A stretch of 64,000 nt of DNA from assembly GCA_964016885.1 (NCBI GenBank), contig OZ024741.1, positions 192,200,001-192,264,000 of the forward strand, given 5' to 3'. Below the pieces are notes generated by a model. The model made no database searches, was not told the DNA's origin, and was given only the letters and a program-made list of their open reading frames with translations. Position numbers and translations under genes: made by a program. Numbering within the stretch: the first letter of the stretch is position 1; each line of letters opens with the position of its first letter. Shown piece after piece: positions 1-13,816 of this stretch. Source of the stretch: Eledone cirrhosa (taxonomy: Eukaryota).

Positions 1-117
1 AATGGAAAAGTTCCCAGTCCAACTTGTCAGTTGGTCATTTTGGTGCCACAATAAACAAGAGATTGGATATAGGCCAATCAGATACACCTCTCTACCTGTT
101 ACTCAGTCAGCATGGCG

Positions 118-310
118 AAGTGGGTATCATAGCAGGGTCATGGAAATGTGGTTGGTATTAGGAAGGGCATCCAGCTGTAGAAACTAAACTAGAAACAGTT
201 CTGTCTGAGCAAGACACGGTTACCTGATCTGACTTGTCACATAACGAGACAACTCATGTAACCCATGCTAGTGTAGAAAATGGACTTTAAACAGTGATGA
301 TGATGATGAC
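118..310 (+). mobile_element. RTE LINE 3' UTR fragment
   Basis: ttaggaagggcatccagctgtagaaa motif and acccatgctag...(gat)n tail shared with the other RTE copies. Confidence 0.75.
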
Positions 311-329
311 AGGGTTACTCAGTTCTTTG

Positions 330-1060
330 AGGGCATTTGCATGAATTTAGTGAAAGACTCATAAGTTATGAAAGAAGTGTTTTATTTGAGAAAACATTCA
401 CAGGAATAATCTTAAGACTCTTTGTGGCACATCTACTCAGTGATTTTATCGTATTATGGTGGTGTTGATTGGCTTCTGTCTTGACTAAGTCCCATACGTA
501 ATAGTTAGGTCTGGAGAGCTAGGAGGCCATATGTTTGGGGTGATGTGATTGTGGAGATTGTAACTCTTCCATTCTTGGCTCATCTAGGTCTTCTCAGACA
601 ATGCAGAGTCTTCCATTACTCCCCTTCTCTGTCAAAAGGAAGAAGTGAGCAGCCATAACATCTCCCTCATTGCTCTTGACTTACAGATCCATCATAGTTG
701 CCGGAAACTTTGTGTGCATGACCGTTGAAATGTCTTTATGGTCTCTGTGTAACCATCTGTCATTCCTTTGGTTGATCTTTTGAACTTGACCAAAGAGTCT
801 CTCATCAGAAAAAAATCCAAAGCATTCCAGGTTCTTGATGTTTCAATTTGTTCAACAAGATCATTGTGTGGATCTTTTGCCTTTGTGAACATGAATTGGT
901 TTCTTGGCATCATATATGACTTGTATCGAATATGATCATGCACAATTCTTCCAATTGCTTGCCTTGAAACCTTGAACTCCTTAGCAATAATGCTAATTAA
1001 TTTTTGGAGTTCTTACCAATAATTTTCTGCACTTTTCATACAAATTTAGATGTCCTGATG
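330..1060 (-). mobile_element. Decayed Tc1/mariner-superfamily transposase fragment
   Basis: Minus strand encodes PNIWPPSSPDL (WPxxSPDLNP-like) and HIRYKSYMMPRNQFM. Confidence 0.6.
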
Positions 1061-1140
1061 CACCCTTAGCAGGTGTTTTACATTTGGCTACAGTATGACC
1101 ACCTTACAGGATGGACTGGGTGCTTTATGATATATATATA

Positions 1141-1252
1141 TTAGGAAGAGTTGGGCCCCAGCGCTTTCTTATATAGTAACACTCTACTATCCCAAGTATT
1201 GAGTACTCTGTTGAATAATGATCTAACTAGTTTAAAACTGGTTTAATCCTGA
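1141..1252 (+). repeat. (TA)n-flanked short cassette with 5' hairpin and actctactatcccaagtattgagtact motif
   Basis: Motif recurs at about 39355 and 55960; the preceding sequence is self-complementary in all three. Confidence 0.55.
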
Positions 1253-1614
1253 TATATGTACACACACACACCATCATCATTTAACATTTGTTTTCCTTGC
1301 TAGCAAGAGTTGGACAGGTCATCACAGACCAGGTCAATACTTAATTGGAGATACTGATCTCTCATCTATATCTGTGTATATACTTCACTGACATACTTCA
1401 CTACTGGATAGACTACATAGCCACTGGCATATCACAATGATTGCATAATAACTGCACCTGTGATTGCATAAGCATCTGATGAAATCACACGAATAACCAT
1501 GTAACAGAAATATATATAATACAATAAACATTAATGGTGAATTAGTCCTGTTTTAACTACTATTATTTGATTTTGATATAATATATTTTGATATAATATA
1601 TTTGATATAATATA

Positions 1615-2445
1615 TTCTGTTACCTGGGTGATGAAATCTGCAGTGGAGGAGGGTGTTCTGAAAGTACAGTAGCCAGAGTTAGAACGGGATGGTAAAAGTT
1701 CAGAGAGCTAATACCACTGTTGGCCACAAAGGGTTTTTCTCTAAAAACGAAAGGCAGATTGTACAATGCTTGTATATGAACAGCAATATTACATGGTAAT
1801 GAGACCTGGACATTGTGTGCTGGAGACTTGCGCAGATTGGAAAGAAACAAAGCTTGCATGCTCCGGTGGATGCGTAATAGTAATGTTCGCGAACAGCAAA
1901 GCATAAACAAATTGACAGAGAGACTAAGCATAAAAGGTATCAAATGTGTGCAGGAGAGGAGATTGCATTGGTATGGACATGTGATGCGTATGAAGGACAA
2001 CAGTTGTATAAAAAAAGTGCAGAGCAATCAAAATTGATGGAAGCTACGGAGTGGGTAGACCAGAAAAACCTGGGACGAGTTGATAAAAACTAACCTTGCT
2101 GACAAAACTGACCTTGCTGACTTACACCTCTGTAAGACAATGACACTGGATCGAGATCTTTGGCGCTATGCAGTTATACAGAAGATCCTCCTTCCCTAGC
2201 ATACAAACTTAAACCTACAGTCAGTAGGCACCTCTTAAAGTGGTCTTGTAGGAGACACGGTAAAAAAGCTCCCTGTCTACACCGTAACTATGGTTGGTGT
2301 TAGGAAGGGCATCCAGCTGTAGAAAACTTACCAGAAACAATTCTGTACGAGCGAGACACGGTCTCCTGACCAATCTCGCGTCAAGTGGGACAAAACCGTC
2401 CAACCCATGCTAGCATGGAAGATGGATGTTAAACGATGATGATGA

Positions 2446-2448
<3 letters not shown>
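1615..2448 (+). mobile_element. 5'-truncated RTE LINE (RT C-terminus and 3' UTR)
   Basis: LHGNETW...RRLHWYGHVMRM; (gat)n tail. Confidence 0.85.
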
Positions 2449-2505
<57 letters not shown>

Positions 2506-2544
2506 TTATATATATATGTATATATATATATATATATGTGCGTG

Positions 2545-2583
<39 letters not shown>

Positions 2584-2689
2584 TAAAGGTTAATTAGTCT
2601 CTAATACCCAAACATCTCAATTAAAGAAATCTCTTAGAGAAGCAATATTATATATATGTATATATACTTCTGTGTCTATTGTATTGCAG

Positions 2690-2779
2690 GTACAACTCTG
2701 ATTCATGAAAGTACATTACTTGATCTTCCCAATGGAGTTGTGTCATTTTACATGGATACTCATGAACCTAGAACTCCTG
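2690..2779 (+). CDS. BBS1: BBS1 internal exon (phase 1/1): (G)TTLIHESTLLDLPNGVVSFYMDTHEPRTP
   Basis: tgcag acceptor, gtgag donor, 90 nt; resembles vertebrate BBS1 ...FLMEQHEPRTP; phase fits next exon. Confidence 0.9.
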
Positions 2780-2934
2780 GTGAGAGAAATCTTGTTCAAA
2801 TTAATTGTTAATATATGTAATTTATTATTTGTTTTATTACTTGTTTTATTATTTGTTTTAATAGAGTACCAGTAATGCACTGGGTAATTGCTGGCCTTGT
2901 GCCTAAAGTAGAAACAATTATTTGTTTTAATAGA

Positions 2935-3125
2935 GCAGTGGATTGGCAGTATCGGTAGAGGGTCGGATGCCATGCTTTGGCGCATAAAGTTACGGCCCTT
3001 GCCATTCTGAGTTCAAATCCCGCTGAGGTTAACTTTGTCTTTCATCCTTACGGGGTCGATAAAATAAAGTACCAGTAATGTACTGGGATAATTGCTGGCC
3101 TTGTGCCAAAAGTAGAAACAATTAT
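2935..3125 (+). mobile_element. tRNA-derived SINE (family A), preceded by a partial 3' copy at about 2866-2920
   Basis: A-box tggcagtatcggt, B-box gagttcaaatcc, body ggggtcgataaaataaagtaccag, end gtagaaacaattatt; more than ten copies in window. Confidence 0.85.
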
Positions 3126-3959
3126 TTGTTTTATTACTATGTTTGCCATAAGAGTGAAAGGATTTACTGTTGGCCAGAGAAGGCGTGTTGGAAAAGGGCA
3201 CTTACCCTTGATAGACTAACCTTGGAATTGTGCGGTTCCTATTCTAAGAACATTTAAAATATTTTTTATACAGTAGTGCTGGTGTCATGATAAAATGCTC
3301 CCAGCTCTCACTGTAGAGTGGTGGGAGCTGGTACCATGATAAAAAGCACCCACTCCGCTCTGTAAGGTAGTATTATTGGTGCCATGACAAATAAACTGCC
3401 ATTGTGGTATTTATTCTGGCTTTTTACATTCTGCGTTCAAATTCTGCTGTAATCAACTTTGCCTTTCATTCTTTTTGGTTAATTAAAATAAAATACCAGT
3501 TTGCCTTTCATTCTCTTCGGTTAATTAAAATAAAGTACCAGTTAAGTACTGGGTTTAAATTAATCAACTTTGCCCTTCCCACAAAATTTTCTGGCCTTGT
3601 GCCTAAATTGTAAATCAATATCACAGCATGTTTCCCTGTGTTATTTTATTTGTGACAAAATATTGTATAACATTTTTAGTATTCCTTGAACAGAATTCTT
3701 GTAGTTTTAGGAAGAAAGAGAGCCTAAAGTATGAGATGAGAAATGGGAGGCTTATAGAAAGAAGAGGAGAGGAGAGAAGTGGGAATGAAAACGATGGAGC
3801 AGGACTTATAGAGGTTATATCTTGGCACCCAAAATGTTTACTATCCATATAGTATCTAGCTATTTACAGCTACCCATCGCACTGGAAATACTCCAGTTTT
3901 ATGAATATTCATATACACTTGTCACTTTAAACCTTTTCAATTAATGTTTATATGTATAT

Positions 3960-4437
3960 AAAGGTCGGTTATATGATGCTTGTGTGAGATGCGCGATGCT
4001 GCATAGTAGTGAGACATCGGCAGCAACTGCGGAGGATATGTGACGGCTGGAGAGAAATAAACCAAGCATGCTCCGATGGATGTGCAATGTCAATGTGCAT
4101 GAATGACCAAGCATGGAAGAGTTGAGAGTGAAACTTTGTAGAAGAGGGATAAGCTATAGTGTGTGGGAGAGAAGACTGCATTGGTATGGACATGTGATGC
4201 ACGTGGAGGATGACCGCTGGGTAAAGAAGTGCCAAGAAATCCTAGTTGAAGGAACACGCAGTAGAGGAAGACCATGAAAATCATGGGCGGAGGTGGTGAG
4301 AGCAGACCTCAGATTGCTGAAGCTCACGGAGGAGATGACGAAGTACTGTGACGAATGGGGAGATGCTGTGCTGAATAGGACCTGTCTCACCCTTGCCAGC
4401 AAGGAAAAGCAGACTTAAAATGATGATGATGATGGAT
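3960..4437 (+). mobile_element. RTE LINE 3' end fragment
   Basis: RRLHWYGHVM...GRP region, same subfamily as 7400-7870; (gat)n tail. Confidence 0.85.
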
Positions 4438-4472
4438 GACACATATACATATATATATACACACACATATAC

Positions 4473-4503
<31 letters not shown>

Positions 4504-4524
4504 GACATATATATATATATGTAT

Positions 4525-4797
4525 GTAAAAGGTAAACAGAAATAACAAAACACAATCGGTACAGTATGGAAGGAATATATTAGGTTAATGCTTGAAATAG
4601 CAGGAAGAGGGTCTTAACGTTTCCAATGCTAGTCCTTCATCAGAAGAAGGAATGAGAAATAAGATAGATTGAAGTGACAGGCGGGGTGGAATTGGAAAAC
4701 ATTTCTTTAGATAAAAATAACAGGTCCATTCATATTGACATCTCTTGGAAAACTGTTGATACTGGTGTTTTGTGTATGATCTATTCTTTTTAGAAAA
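4525..4797 (-). repeat. Short HHR-bearing cassette (continues at about 7870-7940 after an RTE insertion); degenerate HHR at 4612-4647
   Basis: Homologous to 45565-45895; minus strand UCUU CUGAUGA a GGAC uagc AUUG GAA ACGU U/AAGA. Confidence 0.7.
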
Positions 4798-7700
4798 AGA
4801 ACGAGACGTCGCATCTCAGAGTTGCCACACTTAATGTTGGCACTCTAATAGGTAGATCTGGTGAGATAGCAGAGATGCTGGAGAGAAGGCATGTGGATGT
4901 ATGCTGTGTGCAAGAGGTGAGATGGAGAGGTGCCTCTGCAAGACTAATTGCAAGCAAACATCGTAGTTATAAGCTTTTCTGGGTGGGTAATGATGATGGG
5001 TTAGGTGGGGTGGGCATATTACTGGCTGAGAGATGGATCAATAAGACAATAGAGGTAGTTCTAGTTAGTAATAGAATAATTAAGCTTAGATTAGTTGTAG
5101 GCAAGAGACTACTGACAATCATCTCTGCCTATGCTCCCCAGGCAGGCCTAGGTAATAATAGAAGAGAAAGACTGCTTTACGAGCAACTTTTACAAAGAGC
5201 CTCAATGACAGAGGACAGAGACATCATTATGCTAGCAGAGGACTTCAATGGACATGTTGGACAGCTCCAGGATGGATACACTGGGGTACATGGTGGGCAC
5301 GGTTACGGCTCAAGAAATGAAGGAGTGAGGCTTCTTGAATTTTCTGATGCAAATGCACTAACCATTTGCAACACTAACTTCCAGAAGCCTACCAACCACC
5401 TAATAACCTACATTTCAGGCGAGCTCATAAGCCAGATTGACTTCCTGCTAGTTAGACAGCGAGACAGACAGAATGTGTCACATACTAAGGCATACCCCGG
5501 GGAAGAATGTACCCCACAGCATAGGTTAGTCGTTAGTGACATCTGAGTAAGCAAGGGTAAGAATGCGACATACAGGAAGGTGTGGAAAAGAAAGGTCTGG
5601 AAGCTAAAAGATCTTTCATTAAAATATAAATTTAGGAAAGTCCTTCAAGATGTGTATGACGAAAAAGAAGACGATTTAGAGTTGTATGACATAGATGATA
5701 ACTGGAATTTCTTGCGTGACAACTTACTGCAGACTACTGAAGAAACTTGTGGTTGGGGCAGAGCTTCAACCAGACAGAGAGTGACCTGGTGGTGGAACAT
5801 CACAGTAGATAGGGCCATTAGAGACAAAAGACTGGCATGGAAGGCTTGGAAAAATGATGGGAGTAGAGAAGGATACACAGCTGCTAAGAGAGAAGCTAGA
5901 CGTCAGGTGTACTTAGCACGCAGGGAGGCTGAGAGTAGGAGGTTTGCCAATGTTCTGCGACACGAAGATCAGAGACGTGCAGTGTTCCGCATTGCAAGGC
6001 AGTGTGTCAGTGCAAATCAGGATGTTGTTGGAGATAAGTGTGTCCGGAATGATGCCGGTGTACTTAGTGTCACGAATGATAAAAAAAGGGAGGCCTGGAA
6101 ATGTCATCATGAGAGACTGATGGATGTGGAGAACGAATGGGAGTGAGAGAAATTAACCCCAGTAGACCCAACAGAAGGACTAGCTATTGAGATTGACGAA
6201 TATAGAGTACACGAGGCAATTAAGGAAATGAAGAATGGTAAGGCTGCTGGACCGTCGGGGATAGTTGCTGAGATGCTGAAGGCATCAGGAGAAGTAGGCA
6301 CTAAACTAGTTACATGCATCATTAATCAAGCTATATGGTGGAATCATACCCAAAGACGGTGCAGCAGTATTCTCATAAATTGCTACAAAGGTAAAGGGGA
6401 TGCTCTAGAGAGGAACAATTATAGGAGCATAAAGCTGATGGATCAGGTTATGAAAGTGTCAGAGAGAATATTAGTGCAACTGATTAGAGAAAGGGTCAAA
6501 TTAGATGAGATGCAGTTTGGTTTTGTGCCTCGGAAAAGTACAACAGATGCCCTCTTCTTAGTGAGGCAACTACAAGAGAGGTTCTTGGAGAAGAATAAGA
6601 CACTATACTTAGCTTTTGTTGACCTAGAGAAGGCCTTTGATAGGGTACCCCAATCTGTCATCTGGTGGTCCCTAAGGAAACTAGGTGTGGAGGAATGGCT
6701 TGTGAGGACAATGCAAGCTATGTATAGGGGTGCTATCAGTAAAGTGAGAGTAGGTATGGAGCTTAGTGAGGAATTCCAGATACAAGTAGGAGTACATCAG
6801 GGTTCGGTCCTCAGCCCGCTCTTGTTTATTATAGTCCTCCAAGCCATAACAGAGGAGTTTAAGACTGGATGCCCATAGGAACTTCTCTATGCTGATGATC
6901 TGGTTCTTATGGCAGAATCAGTAGAGGAGCTAGAGAATAAATTCTGGCTATGGAAATAACAGTTGGAATCAAGAGGACTGAGAGTGAACATAGCGAGACA
7001 AAAGTGTTGATGAGTAGAAGAGAGGACAATACTCCAATTCCATCAGGGAAATGGCCATGTTTGATATGTAGGAAAGGAATTGGCATAAATTCCATATAAT
7101 GTACGCAATGCAGATCTTGATGTAGTGGGATAGCAGGCAAACTAACAGGTAGGGAAAATTATCTATGCAGTAGATGTACAGGGAAAGTTGGCAGTAGTAA
7201 TCATAGTGATAGGCACATTTTTCCAATGCAGGTGGGTTCTATAGAAGTGGTTGATAACTTCCGGTACCTAGGTGATCAGATTAGCATGGGAGGGCGGTGT
7301 TCCGAGGCCATTATATCTAGAATAAGGATGGGTTGGAAGAAGTTTAGGGAGCTACTTCCTCTGTTGACAAAGAAGGGTTTCTCCCTGCGTAAGAAAGGAC
7401 GGTTATATGATGCCTGTGTGAGATGCACGATGCTGCATGGTAGTGAGACATGGGCAGCAACTGCAGAGGATATGCAATGGCTGGAGAGAAATGAAGCAAG
7501 TATGCTCCGTTGGATGTGCAGTGTCAATGTACGTGAACGACCAAGCATGGACGAGTTGAGAAAGAAACTGGGTATAAGAGGGATAAGTTGTGGTGTGCAG
7601 GAGAGAAGGCTGAGATGGTATGGACATATGATGCGTATGGAGGATGACCACTGGGTAAAGAAGTGCCAAGAAATCCCAGTAGAAGGAAGACACAGTAAAG

Positions 7701-7870
7701 GTAGACCACGAAAAACATGGGCGGAGGTGGTGAGTGCAGACCTCAGATCGCTGAAACTCACCGAGGAGATGACGAAGGACCGTGACAAGTGGAGAGATGC
7801 TGTGCTGAATAGGACCCGTCCAACCCTTGCAAGCAGGGAAAAGTGGACGTAAAATGATGAGGATGATGAT
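4798..7870 (+). mobile_element. Near full-length RTE LINE, pseudogenised (APE endonuclease + RT)
   Basis: VDVCCVQEVRW, ISAYAPQ, DFNGHVG, SQIDF; QFGF, FVDLEKAFD, GVHQGSVLSP, LYADD; internal stops and frameshifts. Confidence 0.93.
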
Positions 7871-8349
7871 GGATGATGGAGTGTGTCTACCTGAAATGGA
7901 AAAAAAAAACTTTTGTATAAAGTGCTATACTTGTGCATGTGCGTATGTGTGTGTGTGTATGACATTGTCCCCTCACCTCCCTTCTGTACGCTGATGTAGA
8001 GTATACTTCAGTTGTATAACCGAAGTGGATTCTACCTGGTTTCCTTGCACTGTGGAGAATTCTGTAATGTAGAACTTGCAGTATTCGCTCCTACCTCTCT
8101 ATCCATTTAGTCAGTTGATTCTAGAATTAAGTCTTATCGTTAGAAAATCCATTATATTTGCCTATTGTTTTTGTTTTTCCAATCAATCCCATGTCGGCTA
8201 CGTACTTTCGCCTTCTGGAAATCACCCTTTTCCCTCCCGTCCACCCCCACTCACCACCATAGTTATTTGGTCCAATCAAAACTCAGCAGTTTTATAGTAA
8301 GGTTTCTAATACTAATCGCTGTTGCAAGACCACTACTTCTTAAGCTTAG

Positions 8350-11300
8350 ATCTAGATGTTCCCTATGATAAATGGATTACAGAGTTGGAGAACCTTAACA
8401 CTCACAATGACAATGACAAAGATATATTCATCTCCCGTCTCCGGACGAGCATGCAAAGCACTCCTCTTTATATCAGACATGGAAGACCAAGACCAACATA
8501 ATTCCATTTCCTACACCCCTCCTTGTGCCCCATCCCATCCCTTCCTCCCTCCCAGCGAAATCCAAAACTTCAGAGTTGGTACCATGAATGTAGGCACATT
8601 GAAAGGTTGCTCAAATGAGGTTGTAGAGATGCTTGACTGTAAGGAAGTTGATGTTTGTTGTATTCAAGACACTAGGTGGCGGGGTGGGTCTGCTAGATTC
8701 ATTGTGAGCAAGAAACGATGCTATAAGTTTTTCTGGATGGGATGTGATAGCGGGCTGGGTGGTGTTGGAATTATGTTAGCTGAAAAATGGGTACATAAGG
8801 TAATTGCCGTAAATAGAGTGAATGACAGAATAATTAAAATAAGACTAGTTCTAAATAGAACAACTGTATCAATAATATCTGCTTATGCACCCCAATATGG
8901 TCTACCCGATGTTATAAAAGACACTTTCTATGAGTTGCTAATGCTCACTACTTCCGAAATAACCGATAGTGACTATATAATTATTCCTGATGACCTTAAT
9001 GGTCACGTTGAACAACATAGAGATGGCTATGATGGAATCCATGGAGGTTATGGGTTTGGTACTAGAAATTAGGAAGGCTTCAGGATCCTGGAATTCTGTG
9101 ATGCAAATGACCCAACTATCTGTAACACAAACTTCAAAAAATAAGACAATCGCCTGATCACCTATAGATCAGGGGAGCACACCAGCCAGATAGATTTTAT
9201 CCTTGCTAGAAAACGAGACAGAGTGTCTGTTATGAACACTAAGTACCTCCTTCACAAAGAATGCACCTCCCAACATAACTTAATAGTTAGTGACCTCATA
9301 GTCAGGACCAGATGTACTCATCGGCAGAGGAATACCTCGAGGAGAAAATTATGGAAATTGAAGAACCCCACAGCCAGTAACAAATTTGAAAGCATATTAC
9401 TTGACAGTAAGGAAGAGCAATTAGAGACATACAATATAGAAGAACAGTGGGAATTCCTTAAAGTTAACCTGTTGAAGGCGAGTGATGAAATCTGTGGCTG
9501 GAGCAGACTGTTGGGCAGGAGGAGAGTGACATGGTGGTGGAACAGTAAGGTGGAGGAGTCCATCAAGGGCAAAAAGCAGGGCTGGAAAGAATGGCATGAT
9601 GGGGGTAGTAGAGAACTCTATCGGGTAAGTAGGAGAGAAACTAGACAACAAGTATACCTTGCAAAGAGGAAAGCAGAGGATGGTAAGTTCAAGCATATTC
9701 TACTACATGAGGACCAAAGATGTGAGGTGTTCATGATTGCAAAGCAATATGTCAAGGAGAATTGTGATATTGTCGGGGAAACGTGTGTCCATAATGACGA
9801 TAGTATACTTGCCCTCACTGATAGTGATAAGAAGGTAGTTTGGAAGAGTCACTACGAGAGACTACTAAATAAGGAGAATAAATGGGAAAAAGAGACTGCT
9901 CCAAATCGATCCAATAGAGAGACCAGCTGTGCAAGTTAATGGTTGTATAATTAGGCAATCAAAGATATGAAGACAGGCAAGGCAGCTGGGCCTTCGGAGA
10001 TAGTTGCTGAAATGTTGAAAGCATCTGGAATGGTGGGACATACTATGGTCACCCGGATAGTAAACCAAGTAATACAGAATGGGGTCATACCAAATGACTG
10101 GCGTAGCAGCATCATTGTCAACTGTTACAAGGGTAAAGGAGACACCCTTGATAGAGGAAACTATAGAGGCATTAAGTTAGTTGACCAGGTCATGAAGGTC
10201 ACAGAAAGAGTTATTACTCAACTGATTAGAGACTGAATTGATCTAGATGAAATCAGTTCAGGTTTGTGCCAGTTAAAAGTTACTATGGATGCTCTTTTCC
10301 TTGTACGACAACTACAGGAGAAGTACCTAGCTAAAAGTAAAGCCCTCTACTTAGCTTTTGTTGACTTGGGGAAAACCTTTGACAGAGTCCCCCTACTGCT
10401 TAATATGGTGGACTCTTAGAAAACTAGGAGTAGATGAGTGACTAGTGAGAGCTATGCAAGCCATGTATAGAGGAACAGTCAGCAATTTTAGAATTAACAA
10501 TGAATATAGTGAAGAATTTAGCGTAATGGTAGGTGTTCACCAAGGCTCAATCCTTAGCCCCCTCCTGTTTATTAATAAAAGTCTTAAACCCATCTGTTAT
10601 AGCCTACAGGCTATAACAGATGGATTTAAGACTGGCTGCCCATGAGAACTTCTATATGTAGATGATCTGACTCTCATAGCTGAATCTATGGCTGAACTAG
10701 AGAGGAAGTTCCAAACATGGAAGCATGGCCTAGAATCAAAAGGCCTTAGAGTCAAATGGGAAATGGCCATGCTCAGTGTGTAAGAAGGGAGTAGGTAGAA
10801 ATTCCATTCTATGCCCCAAATGCAAATTATGGGTACATAAAAGATGTAGTGGGATCAGAGGTAAGCTATCTAAGAATGTAGATTTTTATATGTGATCGAT
10901 GCTCAGGTGCAGTAAGTAGCAAGGACTCACTGGGTGCTATCTCCTTCAACTGCCCAGATGGTTCTATAGAAATAGTAAACACTTTCCGTTACCTGGGTGA
11001 TAAAATCAGCAGTGGAGGAGGGTGCTCTGAAAGTACTGTAGCCAAAGTTAGAATGGAATGGAAAAAGTTCAGAGCTAATACCGCAGTTGGCCACAGGGTT
11101 TTTTTCTCTAAAAGTGAAGGGCAGTTTGTATGATGCTTGTATACAAACGGGAATATTACATGGTAGTGAGACCTGGGCATTGTGTGCTGAAGACTTGCGT
11201 AGATTAGAAAGAAATGAAGCTTGCATGCTCCGATGGATGTGTAATAGTAATGTATGCGAACGGCAAAGCATAAACAAATTCACAGAGAGACTAAGCATAA

Positions 11301-11970
11301 GAGGGATCAAATGTTGTGTTCTGGAGAGGAGATTGCATTGGTATGGACATGTGATGTATATGAAGGACAACAAGTTGTATAAAAAAAGTGCAGAGCAATC
11401 AAAATTGATGGAAACTACGGAGTGGGTAGACACGAAAAACCTGAGACGAGGTGATAAAAACAAACCTTGCTCACTTACACCTCTGTAAGACAATGTCACT
11501 GGATCGAGATCTTTGGCGCCATGCAGTTGTACAGAAAGCGCGACTGCTATTGCATACAAACTTAAACCTACAGTCAGTAGGCACCTCTTAACCCAATACA
11601 CACCACACCCCACCCCACTCTACACACCCTACTCCACTCCACACATCCTACTCCACCCCACACACCCTACTACATCCTCCCATTTCCATCCACTGTAAAG
11701 TGGCCATGTCAGTGACACAACAGAAACCACCCAGTCCACACTGTAATGTGGTCGTGTAGGAGACACAGTAAAAAGGCTCCCAGTCCACACTCTAAATGTG
11801 GTTGGTGCTAGGAAGGGCATCCAACCATAGAAAACCTGCCAGAGACAGTTCTGTATGAGTGAGACACGGTCTCCCGACCAATCCCGCCTCAAGTGGAACA
11901 AAACTGCCCAACCCATGCTAGCATGGAAGATGGACGTTAAACTACGACGATGATGATGATGATAATGATG
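8350..11970 (+). mobile_element. Near full-length decayed RTE LINE
   Basis: GTMNVGTL, APE motifs, RT motifs, 3' UTR, (gat)n tail; many stops. Confidence 0.92.
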
Positions 11971-12009
11971 ATATATATATATATATATATATATAATGTA
12001 TAATAAACA

Positions 12010-13503
12010 ATCCAATATAATTACCTCATTACCAGAGGTTTCCCGAATAAGACGAATACGAAAAACGTCCTCATTCGTTCGTCGGACAAGGCAATTTAAA
12101 AATAGTGAAATATTTGAAATGTCTCCTCAAGAGAGGCAAGAGTTTAACGGGCAAAAAATATATAAATAAAAGTAATGCAAGAGATATATAAAAAAATAAG
12201 GAAATATAGTTGGGGTATGTGTATATGTATGTATATACACTCACAAATGTACATATGTGTGTATGTACAAATGCATGTGTATGGTGAACATGTGTGCGTA
12301 AGTACATATATCAGGGCAAGTATATTTGTGTATATATGACCACAAATACATATATAATATGAGTTGAAAAAGAAATTGTAAGATAATATAGTTAACACGC
12401 ATCCAGATACAGGTATTAAATACACATACGAGTATGAAAGCATGCGTATAAACACACACACACGCGCGGTCACTTATATGCGGAAGATGAAGAGGGAAGG
12501 GAGTGTAATAGTAAAAAGAAGTGTCATTCTCGATATATGTATAAAAATGATACAATACATGAGAATGAAAAAAATTTTTAAATCAAAGAGAAAGTAATCA
12601 ATTAACACTAGAAAAAAGAAAACAAACAGGTACGCTCGTACACACACATATATATATAAAAATATTTATACACACAAATACGTACAGACAAAAGCGCATG
12701 CATGCATACATACATACACACGAGGCACGTATATATATATCGCCACATGTATATCTAATCACACGTACGTACGCGACTATATATATATACATATATACAT
12801 ACACACCCATACATACGTATACATATACACACACATACATACACATACATTCGCCCGCATACACACACACGTATAAATAAGTATGTAAAAAACATAGATA
12901 TAAAAACACACATACACACATATATATACGTACGCACGCACACATACGGAGGCGTTCGTATACATATACAGAACGTGTACACACACATGCACACTCACAC
13001 GCATAGATACAGATTATAAACCAGTCATATGAATAAATGAGTACAAATATAAAATCGGCTGCGAGACAACAGAATATATCTGGAGTGGAAAACGCAAGTG
13101 ACATGTGATATCAGGTAGTGAAAGAAAATGGGGAAGTAAAATGTGGAATGTGAAGATATTAGGTAAGTGAATCGAAAAGTAGGGGGGAGGGGTTACTGGT
13201 GGATGTGAAGTAAAAATAAAAATAAAAATAAAAATAAATCAGAAAGAGAAGTCTGTAAAGAGGATAATTTAAGGAAAGTGAAGAATAAGAGTTTATGGAG
13301 GATAAGTATCTGAAAGTGAGTTAAGTTTATATGAGCTGGAAAGCAAGTGTGATTTCATGTGTGGGCAACTGGTGAACATTTCTGTTTTTGTATTTAGGCA
13401 GGTTTTTGGTGATTTAAGGTTCTGTAAAATCCAATATTTTTCACTTATGCAGAGTGTGCATCTTCTTGTTCCTCTTGCATATTCTTTAGATTGGTTCAAA
13501 ATA
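12010..13503 (-). mobile_element. 5'-truncated Penelope-like element: GIY-YIG C-terminus plus microsatellite-expanded 3' region
   Basis: ILNQSKEY...RCTLCISEKYWIL...LNTKTEMFTSCPH motif (13293-13503); HHR-like motif at the distal end. Confidence 0.75.
12024..12091 (-). ncRNA. Degenerate type I hammerhead ribozyme
   Basis: CCUUGU CCGACGA a CGAAUGAG..CUUAUUCG g GAA ACC ucu GGU A/AUGAGG; U4 changed to C. Confidence 0.6.
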
Positions 13504-13761
13504 GACAGGTTGACTTTGAGACCCCTTCTTTCAAATCCCTGCTTCCATGTTTGGAATTTCTTCTTTAGTTCCGCCATAGATTCAGCTATAAGTGTAAGAT
13601 CATCCACATACAGAAGTTCCCATGAGCATCCAGTCTTAAACTCCTCTGTTATAGCCTGCAATATGATAATAAACAGGAGACAGCTAGGAACAGAGTCCTG
13701 GTGGACACCGACCTGTATGGTAAATTCTTCGCTATAGTCACTGTTAACCCTAACCTTGCTT

Positions 13762-13816
<55 letters not shown>

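Noticed and set aside
1471-1521. Possible hammerhead (CUGAUGA..GAAAUAUAUAUA)
   Set aside because: Helix II cannot be paired convincingly; may be a very old copy
7276-7965. Long antisense ORFs over RTE RT (also 41330-42139)
   Set aside because: Shadow frames of LINE coding sequence
13293-13661. ORF fusing RTE RT (LYVDD) to a GIY-YIG tail as a novel chimeric protein
   Set aside because: Chance in-frame junction of two truncated fragments; the same applies to 51585-51779
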